Assembly: GCA_046563655.1 (NCBI GenBank)
Contig: CM102290.1
Location: 14,694,001 to 14,758,000, forward strand
Direction: 5' to 3'
Source: Yuukianura sp. NJ FZ-2021
Taxonomy: Eukaryota
Length of the DNA: 64,000 nucleotides
The notes beneath the pieces were generated by a model. It was not told the origin of the DNA and searched no databases. It saw nothing but the letters and a program-made list of their open reading frames with translations. A program made the translations under genes and the position numbers. Shown here piece by piece: positions 27,382-40,516 of the stretch. Positions within the stretch are counted from its first letter, which is position 1. Each line of letters begins with the position of its first letter.

Positions 27382-28031
27382 TAATTTTTCTCCGCAAATT
27401 TTAATCACTCTGCCCCAGAAATTCAGATTTGAGCCTTTTTCTTATCTCTACCAAAGTCAACTTGGAAGTGGTCACAAGTGTCAAAAGGTCGTATAAAGTG
27501 TGACAACATGTCAAGAGGTCACAGAAAGTGTGACACACAGACCACAAACAGCATGACAAATGTCCAGTGGTCACATCACGGGATACACCGTCTAGTATTT
27601 CGTTTGACGTCAAAAACAAATTTTGATGTTTAGCGGGTTTCGTTTTTCTCCGAAAACCCAAAACACAAAAGTAGCACAACAACTAAAACTTAATGGTTTT
27701 TTATTGAATTTAACTTTAATGGATTTGTTTCCGCTCACTTTGAAAATATCTCTTACCAGATCTGATTTCTGTCAATTAAAAATTTCGAAACGTAAACTAT
27801 GGTATCAAATTGATTTCACTTTTGATAAAAAATGATGAGACTATCGTTACATCATTATTTTGGAAAACCCTGATTACTTTGTAGGATAACGTTCTGATTT
27901 TAGGCACTTCAAATTTTAGCATCACGCGGAACAGCAAACTCCTCTTTTAGTTCGTGGCCACGAAACCATATAAATAAATTTTCACAATTTAAAAAATCAT
28001 CTCACATTTATAACATTTATATTACTGAAAA

Positions 28032-29568
28032 ATGTTGACAAAATATGTTGCCATTGTCTGGATTTTTGGGGCAACTCTTGTGTTAGGCAAGTGTAAAATT
28101 TTTTAAAATTAATTTTGTTGTATTGCGAGTATTTTCTGAATGTAAATTGTACAAATTTTTCAGGATTGCCGAAAAAAATTGGATTTGGAAGTCCTACTTC
28201 TTCAATAGTCGGTGGAGAAAATGTTGAAAAAGGAGAATTTCCATTTCAAGTTTCACTTCAATTCAATGATCGTAATGGACTGTACCACCATAGTTGTGGC
28301 GGTAATTTCAAATAAATTTGGAGAAAATGAGCTAAATAGCTCAAGGGTTAGAGCTCTTCCTGGATTGGAGAGACATGGGTTCGAATCCCACTCGGTTCCT
28401 AACTTTTTTCTTTGTTTATTGCTTACAGCTGCGATTCTTGACGCTACGCATGTCCTTTGTGCTGGTCACTGTCTTGAAGGGGCTGATCCCACTCGATACA
28501 TCGTCGTCACTGGTGCCCATAACATTTCAAATGTAAACGAACCCAGTCAACAACACACTCAAGTCAAACAATTCATCACACACGAACATTATAACGGGTG
28601 ATGCTTTGTTTTTACAATTTAGCTAGGTCACGTTAACTTTTGTTAAAATTTCGTGTAATTTTGACTTTGCAGCGATCTACTGCTGAACGACATTGCCATT
28701 GGAGTGCTGGAGTCTGCCATTGTGTTCGACTCCTACTCGCAACCGGCTTCTCTGTGCCAACAAGGTTCGTAAACAAAAAAATTTTCTTCTACGCCTTCTA
28801 CGCCAGGTTGTCCAATAACTCGATACTTTTCATTTTGTTAAAAAACTTGGAAATTTTTTTTTACTGTGGGAATTATTTTCATGTAAAGCAATTGGAATTT
28901 GGGGGGGGGGGGGGGGAATATTTGAAGCAAAATTTTTGCATACCCCGACTTATTGGACAACCTGTTGTAGTAAATACAATTCGGTTGTCAATGAACCTTG
29001 GTGTAATTTTGATTTTGCAGCGATCTACTGCTGAACGACATTGCCATTGGAGTACTGGAGTCTGCCATTGTGTTTGACTCCTACTCGCAACCGGCGTCTC
29101 TGTGCCAATCAGATCCCGCCGTGGGGGAAGCTGTGGTGGCCAGTGGGTGGGGCAATGCTCATCCCCAAGGAGAACGACCAGGGGAGTATCCAGACATTTT
29201 GCAGAAAGTGACGCTGGAAGCGATCAGTCGCGAGACATGCGCACTCACCTACCCAGACCAAATTCAACACTACATGGTCTGTGCCGCTGGAATTCAAACG
29301 AATCCTAGTGGAGCGTGTAGCAGAGACTCCGGCAGTCCACTCATGTACAAACCAAATGGATCTGATCACTACTGTGTAACTGGAATCACTTCATTTGCCA
29401 TCCTACCCTGTGGATTTGATCCCGTTGGCTACGTAATACATATAAATATAATATAATATATAATATAAAAGTATACTAAACTATTGTTTCTGGTAGTAAT
29501 TAATTTTTGTTGATTTATAGACGTCCGTGCCATATTTCTTGGACTGGATTGCTGCAAATACGCAATAA
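28032..29568 (+). CDS. Secreted S1A serine protease, chymotrypsin-like
   Basis: Exons 28032-28086 (signal peptide MLTKYVAIVWIFGATLVLG, GC donor), 28164-28301 (IVGG, HSCG), 28429-28597 (CAGHC), 29021-29432 (NDI, SGWG, CSRDSGSP), 29521-29568 (LDWIAANTQ*). His/Asp/Ser triad present. A duplicate partial exon lies at 28673-28760. Confidence 0.9.
28329..28398 (+). pseudogene. tRNA-like element filling most of serine protease intron 2
   Basis: TAGCTCAAGGGTTAGAGC D-arm, TGGG-TTCGAAT-CCCA T-arm, 3' end CTCGGTTC shared with the 8399 copy, then a T6 run. Confidence 0.7.
28761..29000. mobile_element. CAAGG-end MITE inside the serine protease gene, flanked by a 108-bp direct duplication
   Basis: CAAGGTTC...GAACCTTG, internal IR CAGGTTGTCCAATAA/TTATTGGACAACCTG, internal poly-G run. 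Flanks 28653-28760 and 29001-29108 differ at 4 positions. Confidence 0.9.
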
Positions 29569-31450
29569 TATTTCCACTGCAGTTTAGTTAATTTGTAATA
29601 TTTGGAATATAAATATTAAAATTTAAATATTTGGAAATATTTGATTTAAAACTTTTTTTTAACTGCAAATAGCATGAATAACAAACAAAAATTGATCTTT
29701 TTCAAAAAAAAAAAAGTATTTTTTAGTTATAAGGTTGTACTGCTAGTTTTCAATTTTTCAAAATTTTCCAATTTAGCTAGGGATAAAGGGATAAGGGTGC
29801 ATTCTTTTAGTTTTTGGTGTTTCTGTTCTAAAAATACAAAAAGTCTAACTTTTTTTCTTTTTGGAAAAGTTGTGCAACGTGCGACGTGAAAATTAAGACA
29901 TTTGCAGTAGCAAAGAATCAAAGACGAGAAAGTTGCAAGTGGAAAGTGAGAAAATGTCGTTCGTTGGGTGTGAAAAAGTAGGGGAAAGCTTTAACTTTTT
30001 CTTTTTTTAGAGTGACTTTTTTAAAAGTTTGTTTTTTTAGAAAAAGACAGCAATTTTTCTTCATCCTCCGAGTTCCGAGGCGTATGTCATTTTCATTCAA
30101 AGTCAAACAGAGACAGAAAGAAAGCTCAAAAAGCCCAAACAAATGCGAAAAAGTGTGCGAAAATAAAAAGTTTTCGGAAAATCTTGGATCAAAGGCGCTT
30201 GGTGGGAAATTCCAGAAGATTTAAAAAGAAAAAGTTTTGAAAGATTAGGCGGGGGATGAAGGATTTGCAGGTCACTGCGTCTAGAACTAAATTTCTATGC
30301 ACAAGGTCACAGGTCATAGGTCACTTCCCGATTTGTGTTAACAGTAGTACTATTGTTACGGTAAAAACGCAATTGTTTTAATTTTATTGGAAATCGTTTT
30401 CTGTTTTTCAAAAATGTGTGTGTGTGTGTGTTTTTTTTGAAATTTTGAAAGGTAATTTTTGTTGGGACAATAAGTTCAATGGTTTTCCTCTAAGGCCTCA
30501 ATTCAGCTTTGGGGCAGTGTCAGACATACTTTTACAAACCCGCGAAATTCAAAAGCTAATTTAATTTTGAATACATGCGGTAATTTACGCTTCGCAAACA
30601 CCTTATTTCTGAACTATAAACACAGCATGCAAAAATCCCCAATTTCCAATAACTTTTAATTAACTATATACATATTTAAAACAGTTTTTATAGTTAAATT
30701 TGGAATTAATTTATTTTGTCATAAACTTGACTTAATTAGTATACTAAACTCCAGCATTGTGGAGGCGATGCTAAGCTAAGGAAGGTGGAGCGTAGATGGA
30801 GGAAGACTCATAATGACAATGCAAAAGAAAAAAGAATTGGAAAGCCGGGAGTTGGAGTTCGTCATCTAATCACATACATCGGCAACATATTTTCCCATCG
30901 GCAAAACCGTGGCTATGATACACTTAAAACCAACCGAAAATTAAGTACAATAAGTTACACACATGTTAATTATTGTACTAATTTAATTAGTAATGTAATT
31001 AGTAAGCATATACTACAATTTCACAATTAGTTATTTCATTATACCAAAAAATTTTAGGCTCTTTTTCCTACTAGAGGATGATTTATCGATTATCGCTTAT
31101 TTCATTTGAGATATTATACAGAGTTTTTTAATCCAACATTATTAAAATTGAAGTTTTAAATGTTATTGCTATTTATCTTATTTAATAGACTCGATATTTA
31201 AATTAGATCATTAGATTGAGCTGATCAGGTGACGTGATCAGATCTATCAGCCTGTCAGTGAATTTGCCGACATCTATTGTGTGATTTCACTCTTTTGCTT
31301 TTACACGACGAGTGTTTAGTGGAAGGATTTTATTCTCAAATCAATTCAACTTTTGTAAACGTTTTTCACAGAATTAATCGAAGTCTTGATCGATTTTTGG
31401 TAACTTGTCATCTGAATATTCTATATCACCAATATAAACTATCCATCATC

Positions 31451-34400
31451 ATGGTTGACGCGGAAGAGGTAAGTTCGTATATCCATTGGCCAGGGCTGAA
31501 TTGTCTATGAGCAATTTAGGATTACAATGGATTGATGGAACTGAGGAGTGACGTTATCCAAACGTTTTGATTGCTATCGTTTTAGGCTAATCTGGAGATG
31601 TTGATGGACCGTTTGAAGGAGGACAATGCAGAATTGTACAACGAAACTCTGAATGTGCTGCGGGGTATCATCAAGAGTTCGACGACGTCGATGACTTCCG
31701 TCCCTAAACCTCTGAAATACCTGAGCAAACGTTTTGATGAACTGAAGGAAGTGTATGAGAAGATTACAGATGAAGCTGTGAAGCGGAACTGTGCCGACGT
31801 GGTATCAATCATTGCAATGACGGTGAGCGAGTCCAGAGAGTGCTTGAAGTTCAAACTACTTGGAGAGAAGGGAGACATTGGCGAATGGGGCCACGAGTAC
31901 ATTCGTCATCTTGCTGGAGAGATTTCCCAAGAATGGTAACATTTGATCAGTGATAAGCTAATTGTCAATTAGTAATTGCTTTTTGTCATGATTTAGGTGG
32001 GAGAACAAGGAGTTGTCAGAAGAGGGCAAGGAAGACTTACTTCGTCTCGGCCGAGAGATTATTCCGCACAACTTGGATCATAACGCAGAGGCTGAAGCAT
32101 GTGACCTGGCAATGGAACTGGAACATCTCGACATTTTGGAAAATGCTGTTCAGAATGATCATCATCAACGAGTCTGTGCCTACCTCAATAGCTGTGTCGC
32201 CTATGTTCCGGATCCAGAGAACGTCAAGCTCCTACGTACAGCACTCAATCTTTATTTGAAATTTGAGCAATGGCCACAAGCACTTCGTGTTGCTCTGCAA
32301 CTGAATGATACGAAGGATGTTGCCAACATTGTGAGCAGCTGTCCCGATCCGGTTATGAGAAAGCAGCTAGCGTTTCTGATTGGTCGTCAACAGGTAAAAA
32401 ACTTGAAATTATAATCAGCTGATCTGAATTCGGTATTTTAACAATCGTTTTTCTTACGTAGCTTCATGTCGACTTTCCTGAATCCGTTTCAAACAAGCCT
32501 GAACTGAACGACATTGTCACCAACACGCTCTTGAATGTCAACTTTTTGGCTCTCGGTCGTGAACTGGACATTCTGGAACCCAAGACTCCTGACGAAGTTT
32601 ACAAAACACATTTGGGTAAGAGTTTATCATAATCCGTGAGTGATCAACCTGAAAAGTGAAAAGTATTGTAAAACCTTACTGCCTATTACAGATGGTGGTG
32701 GTCGCCATGCTTTCGGAAGTCAAGTGGACTCTGCCCGACAAAACTTGGCAGCATCCTTTGTGTCTGGTTTTGTGAATGCTGGATTTGGACGAGACAAGTT
32801 ACTTACTGAAGACGGGAACAAATGGCTGTACAAGAACAAGGAACATGGAATGCTGAGTGCCACGGCCTCCCTGGGCCTCATTCTTCTCTGGGACGTTGAT
32901 GGTGGACTTGGACAGATTGACAAATACTTGTACTCTGCCGAAGACTACATCAAGGCCGGAGCTCTCCTGGCTTGTGGCATAGTCAACTGCGGAGTTCGGA
33001 ACGAATGTGATCCAGCTCTGGCTTTACTGTCCGACTACGTTACAAATCCAAGTCAAACGATGCGGATTGGAGCCATTCTGGGGCTGGGCTTGGCCTATGT
33101 TGGAACCAACCGAGAAGATATCATTGCCATTCTGCAACCAGTTCTTATGGAACCGGGTAGTTTGGAAGTGAAGGGATTGGCTGCTTTGGCTCTTGGTTTG
33201 GTGTCAGTGGCCACTTGCAACTCTGATGTGACCACAAGCATCCTCCAGTGTCTCATGGATCGAACTCCAGCTGAATTCCAGGAAAGCAATGCACGATTCA
33301 TTGCTCTCGGATTGGGTCTCTGCTGTTTAGGTACCTTTTTAAAAATTTTCATAATTTCATGAAAAAATATTTCAACTTTTCAAACTTTTTTTTATTTTTG
33401 CAGGTAAACAGGAACAATCGGAAGCAGTGTCACAAGCACTCCAAGTACTGTCTGAACCCTACCGATCCATGGCCATCACTCTGCTTGAAGTTTGTTCTTA
33501 TGCTGGAACCGGCAACGTTCTCAAAATTCAAAAACTTTTGCACATTTGTTCCGAGCATTACGACGTTAACAACGAAGGTCAACGCACTACTACCAAAGAA
33601 GATGAAAAGAAAAAATCAACTTCAAAGGAAAAAGACCGCAATGTTCCTAGCACCAGTCGACAAGCAGAGAAGAAAGCTGAAGAAGAAAAATTGAAAAATG
33701 GGGATGTCGCTGAGAAGCGGAAGCGTGATTTGTCCGTTCAGCAGTCCGTCGCTGCTCTTGGAATCGCTTTAATCGCTGCCGGTGAAGACATTGGAACTGA
33801 AATGGCTTTTCGTAGTTTTGGTCACTTGCTACGCTACTGTGAACCGCCCATCCGCCGTGCCGTGCCGCTAGCACTTGCGCTTCTGTCTGTTTCCAATCCA
33901 CGGCTCACCGTTCTCGACACGCTTAGCAAGTTTTCTCATGACGCTGATCCCGAAGTGGCGTTGAACAGCATCTTTGCCATGGGAATCGTCGGGGCTGGAA
34001 CCAATAACGCTCGAGTTGCAGCGATGCTGCGGCAATTGTCTCAATTTCACGCTAAAGATTCCAATTCTCTGTTTATGGTTCGGATTGCCCAGGGAATTGT
34101 GCATTTGGGCAAAGGGACGCTCGGTCTCGTACCGTTTCATTCGGATCGCCAACTTTTTTCGCCCGTTGCCATGGCTGGACTCCTGTCGACTCTTTTTGCG
34201 TTCCTGGATGTGCGTGGACTGATTCTGGGCAAGGGCCACTACATGCTGTACTGCCTAGCAACGGCAATGAATCCCCGGATGCTGGCAACATTTGATGAAA
34301 ACTTGAAGCCCCTTCCAGTATCAGTTCGTGTTGGGCAGGCAGTGGACACGGTGGGAGTGGCTGGACGACCAAAGACGATCACTGGGTTTCAGACATATAC

Positions 34401-34521
34401 GACTCCAGTGCTGCTGGGCCACGGAGAGCGAGCAGAGTTGGCCACTGATGACTATGTCACGCTCTCACCAATTCTAGAAGGCTTTGTTATCCTTAGGAAG
34501 AATCCGGAGGCGGGAAACTGA
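31451..34521 (+). CDS. Rpn1: 26S proteasome non-ATPase regulatory subunit 2 (Rpn1/PSMD2)
   Basis: Exons about 31451-31468, 31586-31935, 31997-32393, 32462-32615, 32692-33330, 33404-34521. Diagnostic sequences [63 protein letters not shown]. The first exon and start codon are less certain. Confidence 0.95.
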
Positions 34522-35668
34522 AAAACACCGAGGTTTGAAAAAAATATTTAAATAATATAAAAAAATAATTAAACTAAATTATAATATATTAATTGTTGTC
34601 TCAATTAAAATTCATCCAAAGCCCCCCTCTGTGCTGTATTTCTCTGTACCCCCTCTTTCATGTTTGTTTAAAATAAATTGTAAACTCAAAACCTTTTAGA
34701 AAAGGAAAAGGGAAAATGGAACTGTTTTTCGACAATTGAAAACCGTTTTTTTTTAATGAAAAAACCCGGGTTTTTCAAATTTATTTGAATAGACTAAATG
34801 CTCATGCCCAACTTATTACACAAGTTGTAGAAATTTTACTACATTTTTAGATTTAGAAGATTTTTAGAACAGAAAGAGACAAAGAGAAAGAGTTATTGAA
34901 GGAAGTTAATTATTTATTACAATTAATTAACTAATATTTTATTAATTATTTTAATTAGTTTAACTAATTTTTTCTTTAACTTTTAGTGACTCTACTAAAG
35001 TTTTAAATCTTTTTGGCAAAATAAGGTTGATGTTTTTTTTTCCTTTCTAATTACACAACCATTTGAAGAGTTTGACAAATTTTCAATTTCATGAAATTTT
35101 GATCGTTTTTTGAAGTTTTTTCTTTGAAAACGATAGACTATTGATTTTTTTAGACTAACATCACACACGTTTACTAACCTTAGACAAGTATACAAATGGA
35201 AAAAGTTTTTCAGTTTCATAATTTTACAACCGATCAGTTTTTGTGCTGGGTAAAAAATTCACAACGCACGAAAGAGTCTGGTTTTTTTTTGTTCAACTGA
35301 AAATTTTTCCAAAAAAAAGGTCTAATTCTCGAAAAAAAATGTCCAACGTTCTGTTCAACAATTTTCAATGTTTGGAATGTACGTTTTTCTTAACGGGACA
35401 AAATTTGTTAACTTATTGTTAGTTTTCCGAATTTTTGAAATTTCCTATTTTTGTTAACTTTCCGAATTTTGAAATCCAATTTGTCTTTTGAGAATTTTGT
35501 TGGTGGAATGAGCATAGATGAGATCTGTGTAGCTTTGGAGCTGCAAGCGCAAGCGCAGATATCAAATGGCTGAAGTGGGTTTGGATGGATGGACTCTGTA
35601 TTATTCAGTTATACATGGAGAGGTCAAGGTCAAAAAATGTTGACCTTTGACCTTTGAGGTCAACTTTG

Positions 35669-38600
35669 CTACTGCTGCTGCTGTCTTAGCCAGTTTTCAA
35701 TAGTTTTCTCGTTGTTCTCCAGCCAGTGAATGTTGAGGCGGATCGTCTCCAGACTTTGGTTGAGTGCTCTCTGGCCTGACCCCACGTCACGTGACCCGAA
35801 GAAGTTCACAACCTACAATTTACGCATTGTAAACGTAAATATTTACGGATTTACGTCATTTTTACGTGAACCTTACTTCATCGTAGTCAAATTCACTGGA
35901 GAAGTGTGATACGACGGCAGTGATTAAGCTTCCCATTGTAAACGATCCTTCACCGAACATGGACTGGAGATGATCCCAGTGTGCTCGTAAATGTCGCCAA
36001 GCGAGCAGTCGACCGGCTGGATTCGAAGCCACGACGGCGAAAACCGTTCGGACGTCTTGTGGCCTTACGCTGTCACGGTTCAGGCATGTTTCCAAGTACC
36101 TTCACACAAATTAATCATGAGTTAACTAATTAACTTAAAAGTTATCATTAGTTAACTAATTAACTTAAAAGTTAAGTTAACATTATGGTTTTTACTGTTG
36201 GAGCAGATATGGATCAGAGGCGGATCCCATTGACTTGAGCAGGATCTTCCGCTCACTCGGAACTTGTGTCCGGTTGTACTGGCTCCAACAGTGATCCCAC
36301 GCCATCACTCCACCGAACTTCACACCTACACAACACATGACCTTGACCTTTTGACCTTGACATGACCTTGACCTCAAGGTCAAAGGTCACAGTGTAATGA
36401 TATCTCACTTACCAGCGGAGTAGACAACTTCCCTTAGATTCGGGGGAACACGGACTCCATTGTCAGCCCAGCTGGAAAACCGATTTTTGGCTTCCCGAAT
36501 CGCATCTTTGTGGTCACAGTGAATTATGGCAGCTAGAATATCTCCACGGAGCAATCTAAAAAACGTGATTACGTGTTTGTAAGTATTGACGTGTTATGCG
36601 TGTTTATACGTCAATATGCGTGTTGGTTACCTCATGAGGTGTGATCCACTGTCGTCCCACTCCACTGTTCGGTAGATGGGGTCTAACAGTTTGAGCATGT
36701 AGGACACGAGGAGGCGATGAGACGGTTTTTCATACAGAACTTTTGTCCAGGAACGGAAGTGTTCGAGTGCCGTTGCCCAGGGAACGTACTCCGTCTCTTT
36801 GAGTAAGTACTGACTCATCTCCAGCGGCACTCGGGCGCTGATCACTCCAGCCCTAAGTTCAAAATTTATCAAAATCAACTTTCAAAATTCAAAAGTTTCA
36901 AAATTTTGGAAATGGTTACTTGGATAGTGTAAAGGCATCGTCGATGAGGTTGGCTCTATCAGTGGGACTAAAGGCATTGGGGTTTGTCAGCAAAACGTTG
37001 ATGAGAACATTCCACAAATTCCCTTCGTACTGCACACGGTAAAAACCGGTTTGGTTCAGATTGAATTTGATCCAGTCGGCACGAAACGGCATTGGGAATT
37101 CCACTAAAACGAAACAAAAAGGTAAGAATTTGAGTTTTTACCGGTTTGAGTACCGGATAAAAACCGAACCTGGTTCGGAACTGTTGAGCCACACGATTTT
37201 CATTCCGGAGGGTTGTGCATCCGTGACATAAGTCAATGGAATATACCAACTGGAGTCACGAAGGGACGGTGATTCGTCAACACTCTGATTTCTGGACGAT
37301 GACGACTGGATAATAAATCGTTCCTGTTTCACTTTCACGGTTCGGTTTTCCAAACTGATCCGGACCAAGGGAAATCCCATTTGGAGTGTCCAAGTATCCA
37401 TGATTGTCTAAAGTAATGGATTACATTTTTCAAAATTTTGGATTTTTTGAAATTTTGAATTTCTGAAATTTTTGAATTCACCTTGACTTCTATAGTGCCG
37501 TTGATACTTTCACTGAGAGCACTCCAGAGATCATCTGTTTTGGCATTTTTGAACTTGTGTTTGTTCAAGTACTGCGTGAGACCCCGGCGCAGAGCTTCCT
37601 CTCCCATGACTACTTCCAGCATTCTTAAAATGGCAGCTCCCTGGAAACCAAAATTTTGAATTTGAAATTTTGGAATTTGGAAATTGTGAACTTTTGAAAG
37701 TGACCTTGCTGTATGAAATGGTATCAAAAATGGACTCAATGGACTTGGGGTCCTGGACTTTGACTGAGATGGGGTGACTGCTGCTGAGGGCGTCCAGGGC
37801 CAGTGCTGGCTGCGTCTTCTCCAGGACGAATTGCTCCATCATCTTCCACTCGGGACGAATGTGGTCCACTCCCACGTACTCCGTAAAACTAGCAAATCCC
37901 TCGTTCAGCCAAAGGTCATCCCACCACTCCATCGTCACCAAGTTACCAAACCACTGCAACACAAAGGTCAAAGGTCAATGACCCCAATTTAAAACAAGTC
38001 CAGGTCAAAAGTCAGCAGATTCCAAAAGTCGAGGCCAAACGTCAACACCCAAATCTTAAAAGGTCATACGTCAAAACGTCAACCGTCTGAATTTCAAAAG
38101 GTCATACGTCAATCGTCAGAATTTTGAAAAGCTGAGGTCTAAAGTCATTGATTCTACAAAGTTGAGGTCAAAGGTCAACTGAATCTACAAAGTTGAGGTC
38201 AAAGGTCACTGACCTGATGAGCGAGCTCGTGAGCCACGACGACGGCTACCCACTGATGTGCTGCTGAGCTGCTTTCTGAAGCGTCATACAGAATGGACGT
38301 CTCTCTGTATGTGATGAGTCCCCAGTTCTCCATGGCTCCCGCCCCGAAATCCGGAATGGCTATCAAATCTACCAAAATTCCAAAATGAGACTTTCAAAAA
38401 CTCAAAATTTTTCAAAAATTTTGAAAACCTTGTTTTGGTAGAGGGTAGGGTATGCGAAAGAAGTCGTCATAGTAGTCCGTCAACTTGACGGCAGTCTCTA
38501 GTGCAAAGTTGGCTTGGTTGAGGAGTCCTGGCGGCGTGTGAATTGACACTTCGATGCCCTTCGTCGTCTTGTTGCTGATGCTTTCGTAGTCACAAACCAC

Positions 38601-40516
38601 AAAGGCCACGAGGTAAGTACTCATCTCAACGGACTCTTGGAATTCATCGCGCCACTAAAATTTCAAAATTTCGAAAAAATATTTTCAAAATTTTCAAAAA
38701 AGTTCACTTAAGTACTTACCAGCTCTACGTTGTATCCATAGTAGACCATTTCTATTTTTTTGATTGGCATATTAAAAAGTGATTTGTGCATTTGATTTCG
38801 AATGATAATCATTTTAAAAGTGGCTTTGAATTGTGGTTCATCAAAACACGGAAATGCTGATCTGGCATACGTCGGTTCAAAATGGGTTGTAGCCAGTACC
38901 CTACAAATCAAAAATTTTCAAAATTGGGAAATTTCGAAATTTCATTTTCATAATTTTGAAATTCAAAACTGACCGCCGTTCGCCCTGTGGTGTTGTGTAA
39001 CTACTCAAGTAGAATCCCTCCAATTCCAAACTAATTTTCGTCTGAAATCGGATTCCGAGAGAATAGTTTTTCCCAGGGTAAAGGCAATTCCCATCACTAA
39101 ACTCCAAGTACCACTACAATCAAAAAAAACTAGGTTAGTTTTTTTGAAAAAGTTCAAAAACTGGTTTTCAATTATGATTTTGAAGTGTGATAATTAATTG
39201 AATTAATTAAGTTAATGAAGTTCATGCGTTTACTTGTTGGTACGGTGGATACTCGAGAAGACGTGAAATGTTTTGTAGTTTTTCTGGATCTAAACTCCAC
39301 TCGTCCACGCCCTCGCGTACCCACTTTTCAGTGATCTTCATGTTGCGTGCATGGAAGACAATAAATGGCGTCTCTTGCTCAACTATAAAGTGGATCACAA
39401 CCCATCCTAAAAAAATTGTGAAAAAATAATTTTCAAAAAAAAGTTACCCTAATTTTCGGCCAATTAACCTAACAGTTCTGCACAAAAACAATTATAGAGA
39501 AAAATCAAAAACTGGATTTCTTAAATTTCTGTTTCTCATTAGCCAGTATGTGACGCAAATTCTATTTTTTTCAAAACTTCTTTTTTGTGACGTCATCAAA
39601 ACAAAAAACAGATTTTTTTTGAAACTTTACTATTTTTAGTGTACCTTTTAGAGTGCACGTAACTTACTTTTAGTGTAAAAAAAAGTTTCAAGTAAAATAT
39701 TGAAAAAACTTTAACCAGAAACTTTGTTTTTAATACGAAAATGACGCAAATTTTAATACTAAATAAATAAATCAATGACGGAATTTTAAAAAATGACGTA
39801 AAAATTTTGTTGACGTTACCCGTGACGTCAAGTGTAGTCAGATTGGGGTGAATTGAGATTGTGTAGTGCAGTGGCTTGACGTAAGGGGGCAGTCGGGAGT
39901 CCTTCCAAGGGTACTCCTCTCCACTGGCCAATAGGAACTTGTCCCCTTCTAAGGGGTCCTCTGTCCCGGAACCATCAGGGTACATCGAATGGTTCAAGGA
40001 ACAACCTTGTACAAAAAAAAAACACAAAAAGCGAGGAAATAGGGTAACTTTTTTTAAAATTCTAACTTTTTTCAAAATTCAAAATTTAAAATTTTTGAAT
40101 ATTACCGCTGAGTGGAGTAGCAAAGGCTATGATGAGAGCCACTAGAAAGAGCATACAAAAGACGAAGAGCGCCAGAGCCAAGGCGCGTTTTTGTGAACAG
40201 ACGGCAATTCGGTCACGTTCGTACAAAACGCGCTTGTTCGCTGCCATCGCTTCCCCTGCGGAACAAGTAGGACACGGATTAGCACTTGACCTTTGACCTG
40301 CCCGGTCGAGGTCAGGCAGACTCCGGTACACAACGATAGACATTGTGACCGGTTGATATAATTGTGACTGGTTGTGACTGACTGCTGATTGCGACTGAAC
40401 ATAAACTTTAGTTTATGTTATGGTTAACTAAGAAACTCACCAGTGAGGAAGGCCACATCATCCACTTCTTGCTCATTCATCTTCACGTTCATTCTCATTG
40501 ACTTGGACGATGACAT
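35669..40516 (-). CDS. M1 family zinc aminopeptidase with N-terminal type II membrane anchor (ERAP/aminopeptidase N-like)
   Basis: More than 15 short exons. GAMEN at ~38325-38340, [29 protein letters not shown] (HEXXH..E), [55 protein letters not shown]-terminus [20 protein letters not shown] is followed by a hydrophobic anchor. Stop TAG at 35669-35671. The start could extend further upstream. Confidence 0.92.

Noticed and set aside
28640..29077. 145-aa ORF with an internal repeat
   Set aside because: Off-frame read-through of the duplicated exon segment and the MITE.
31080..31100. DRE promoter element upstream of Rpn1 (TATCGATT)
   Set aside because: One mismatch to TATCGATA in AT-rich DNA and the TSS is unknown, so it cannot be supported.
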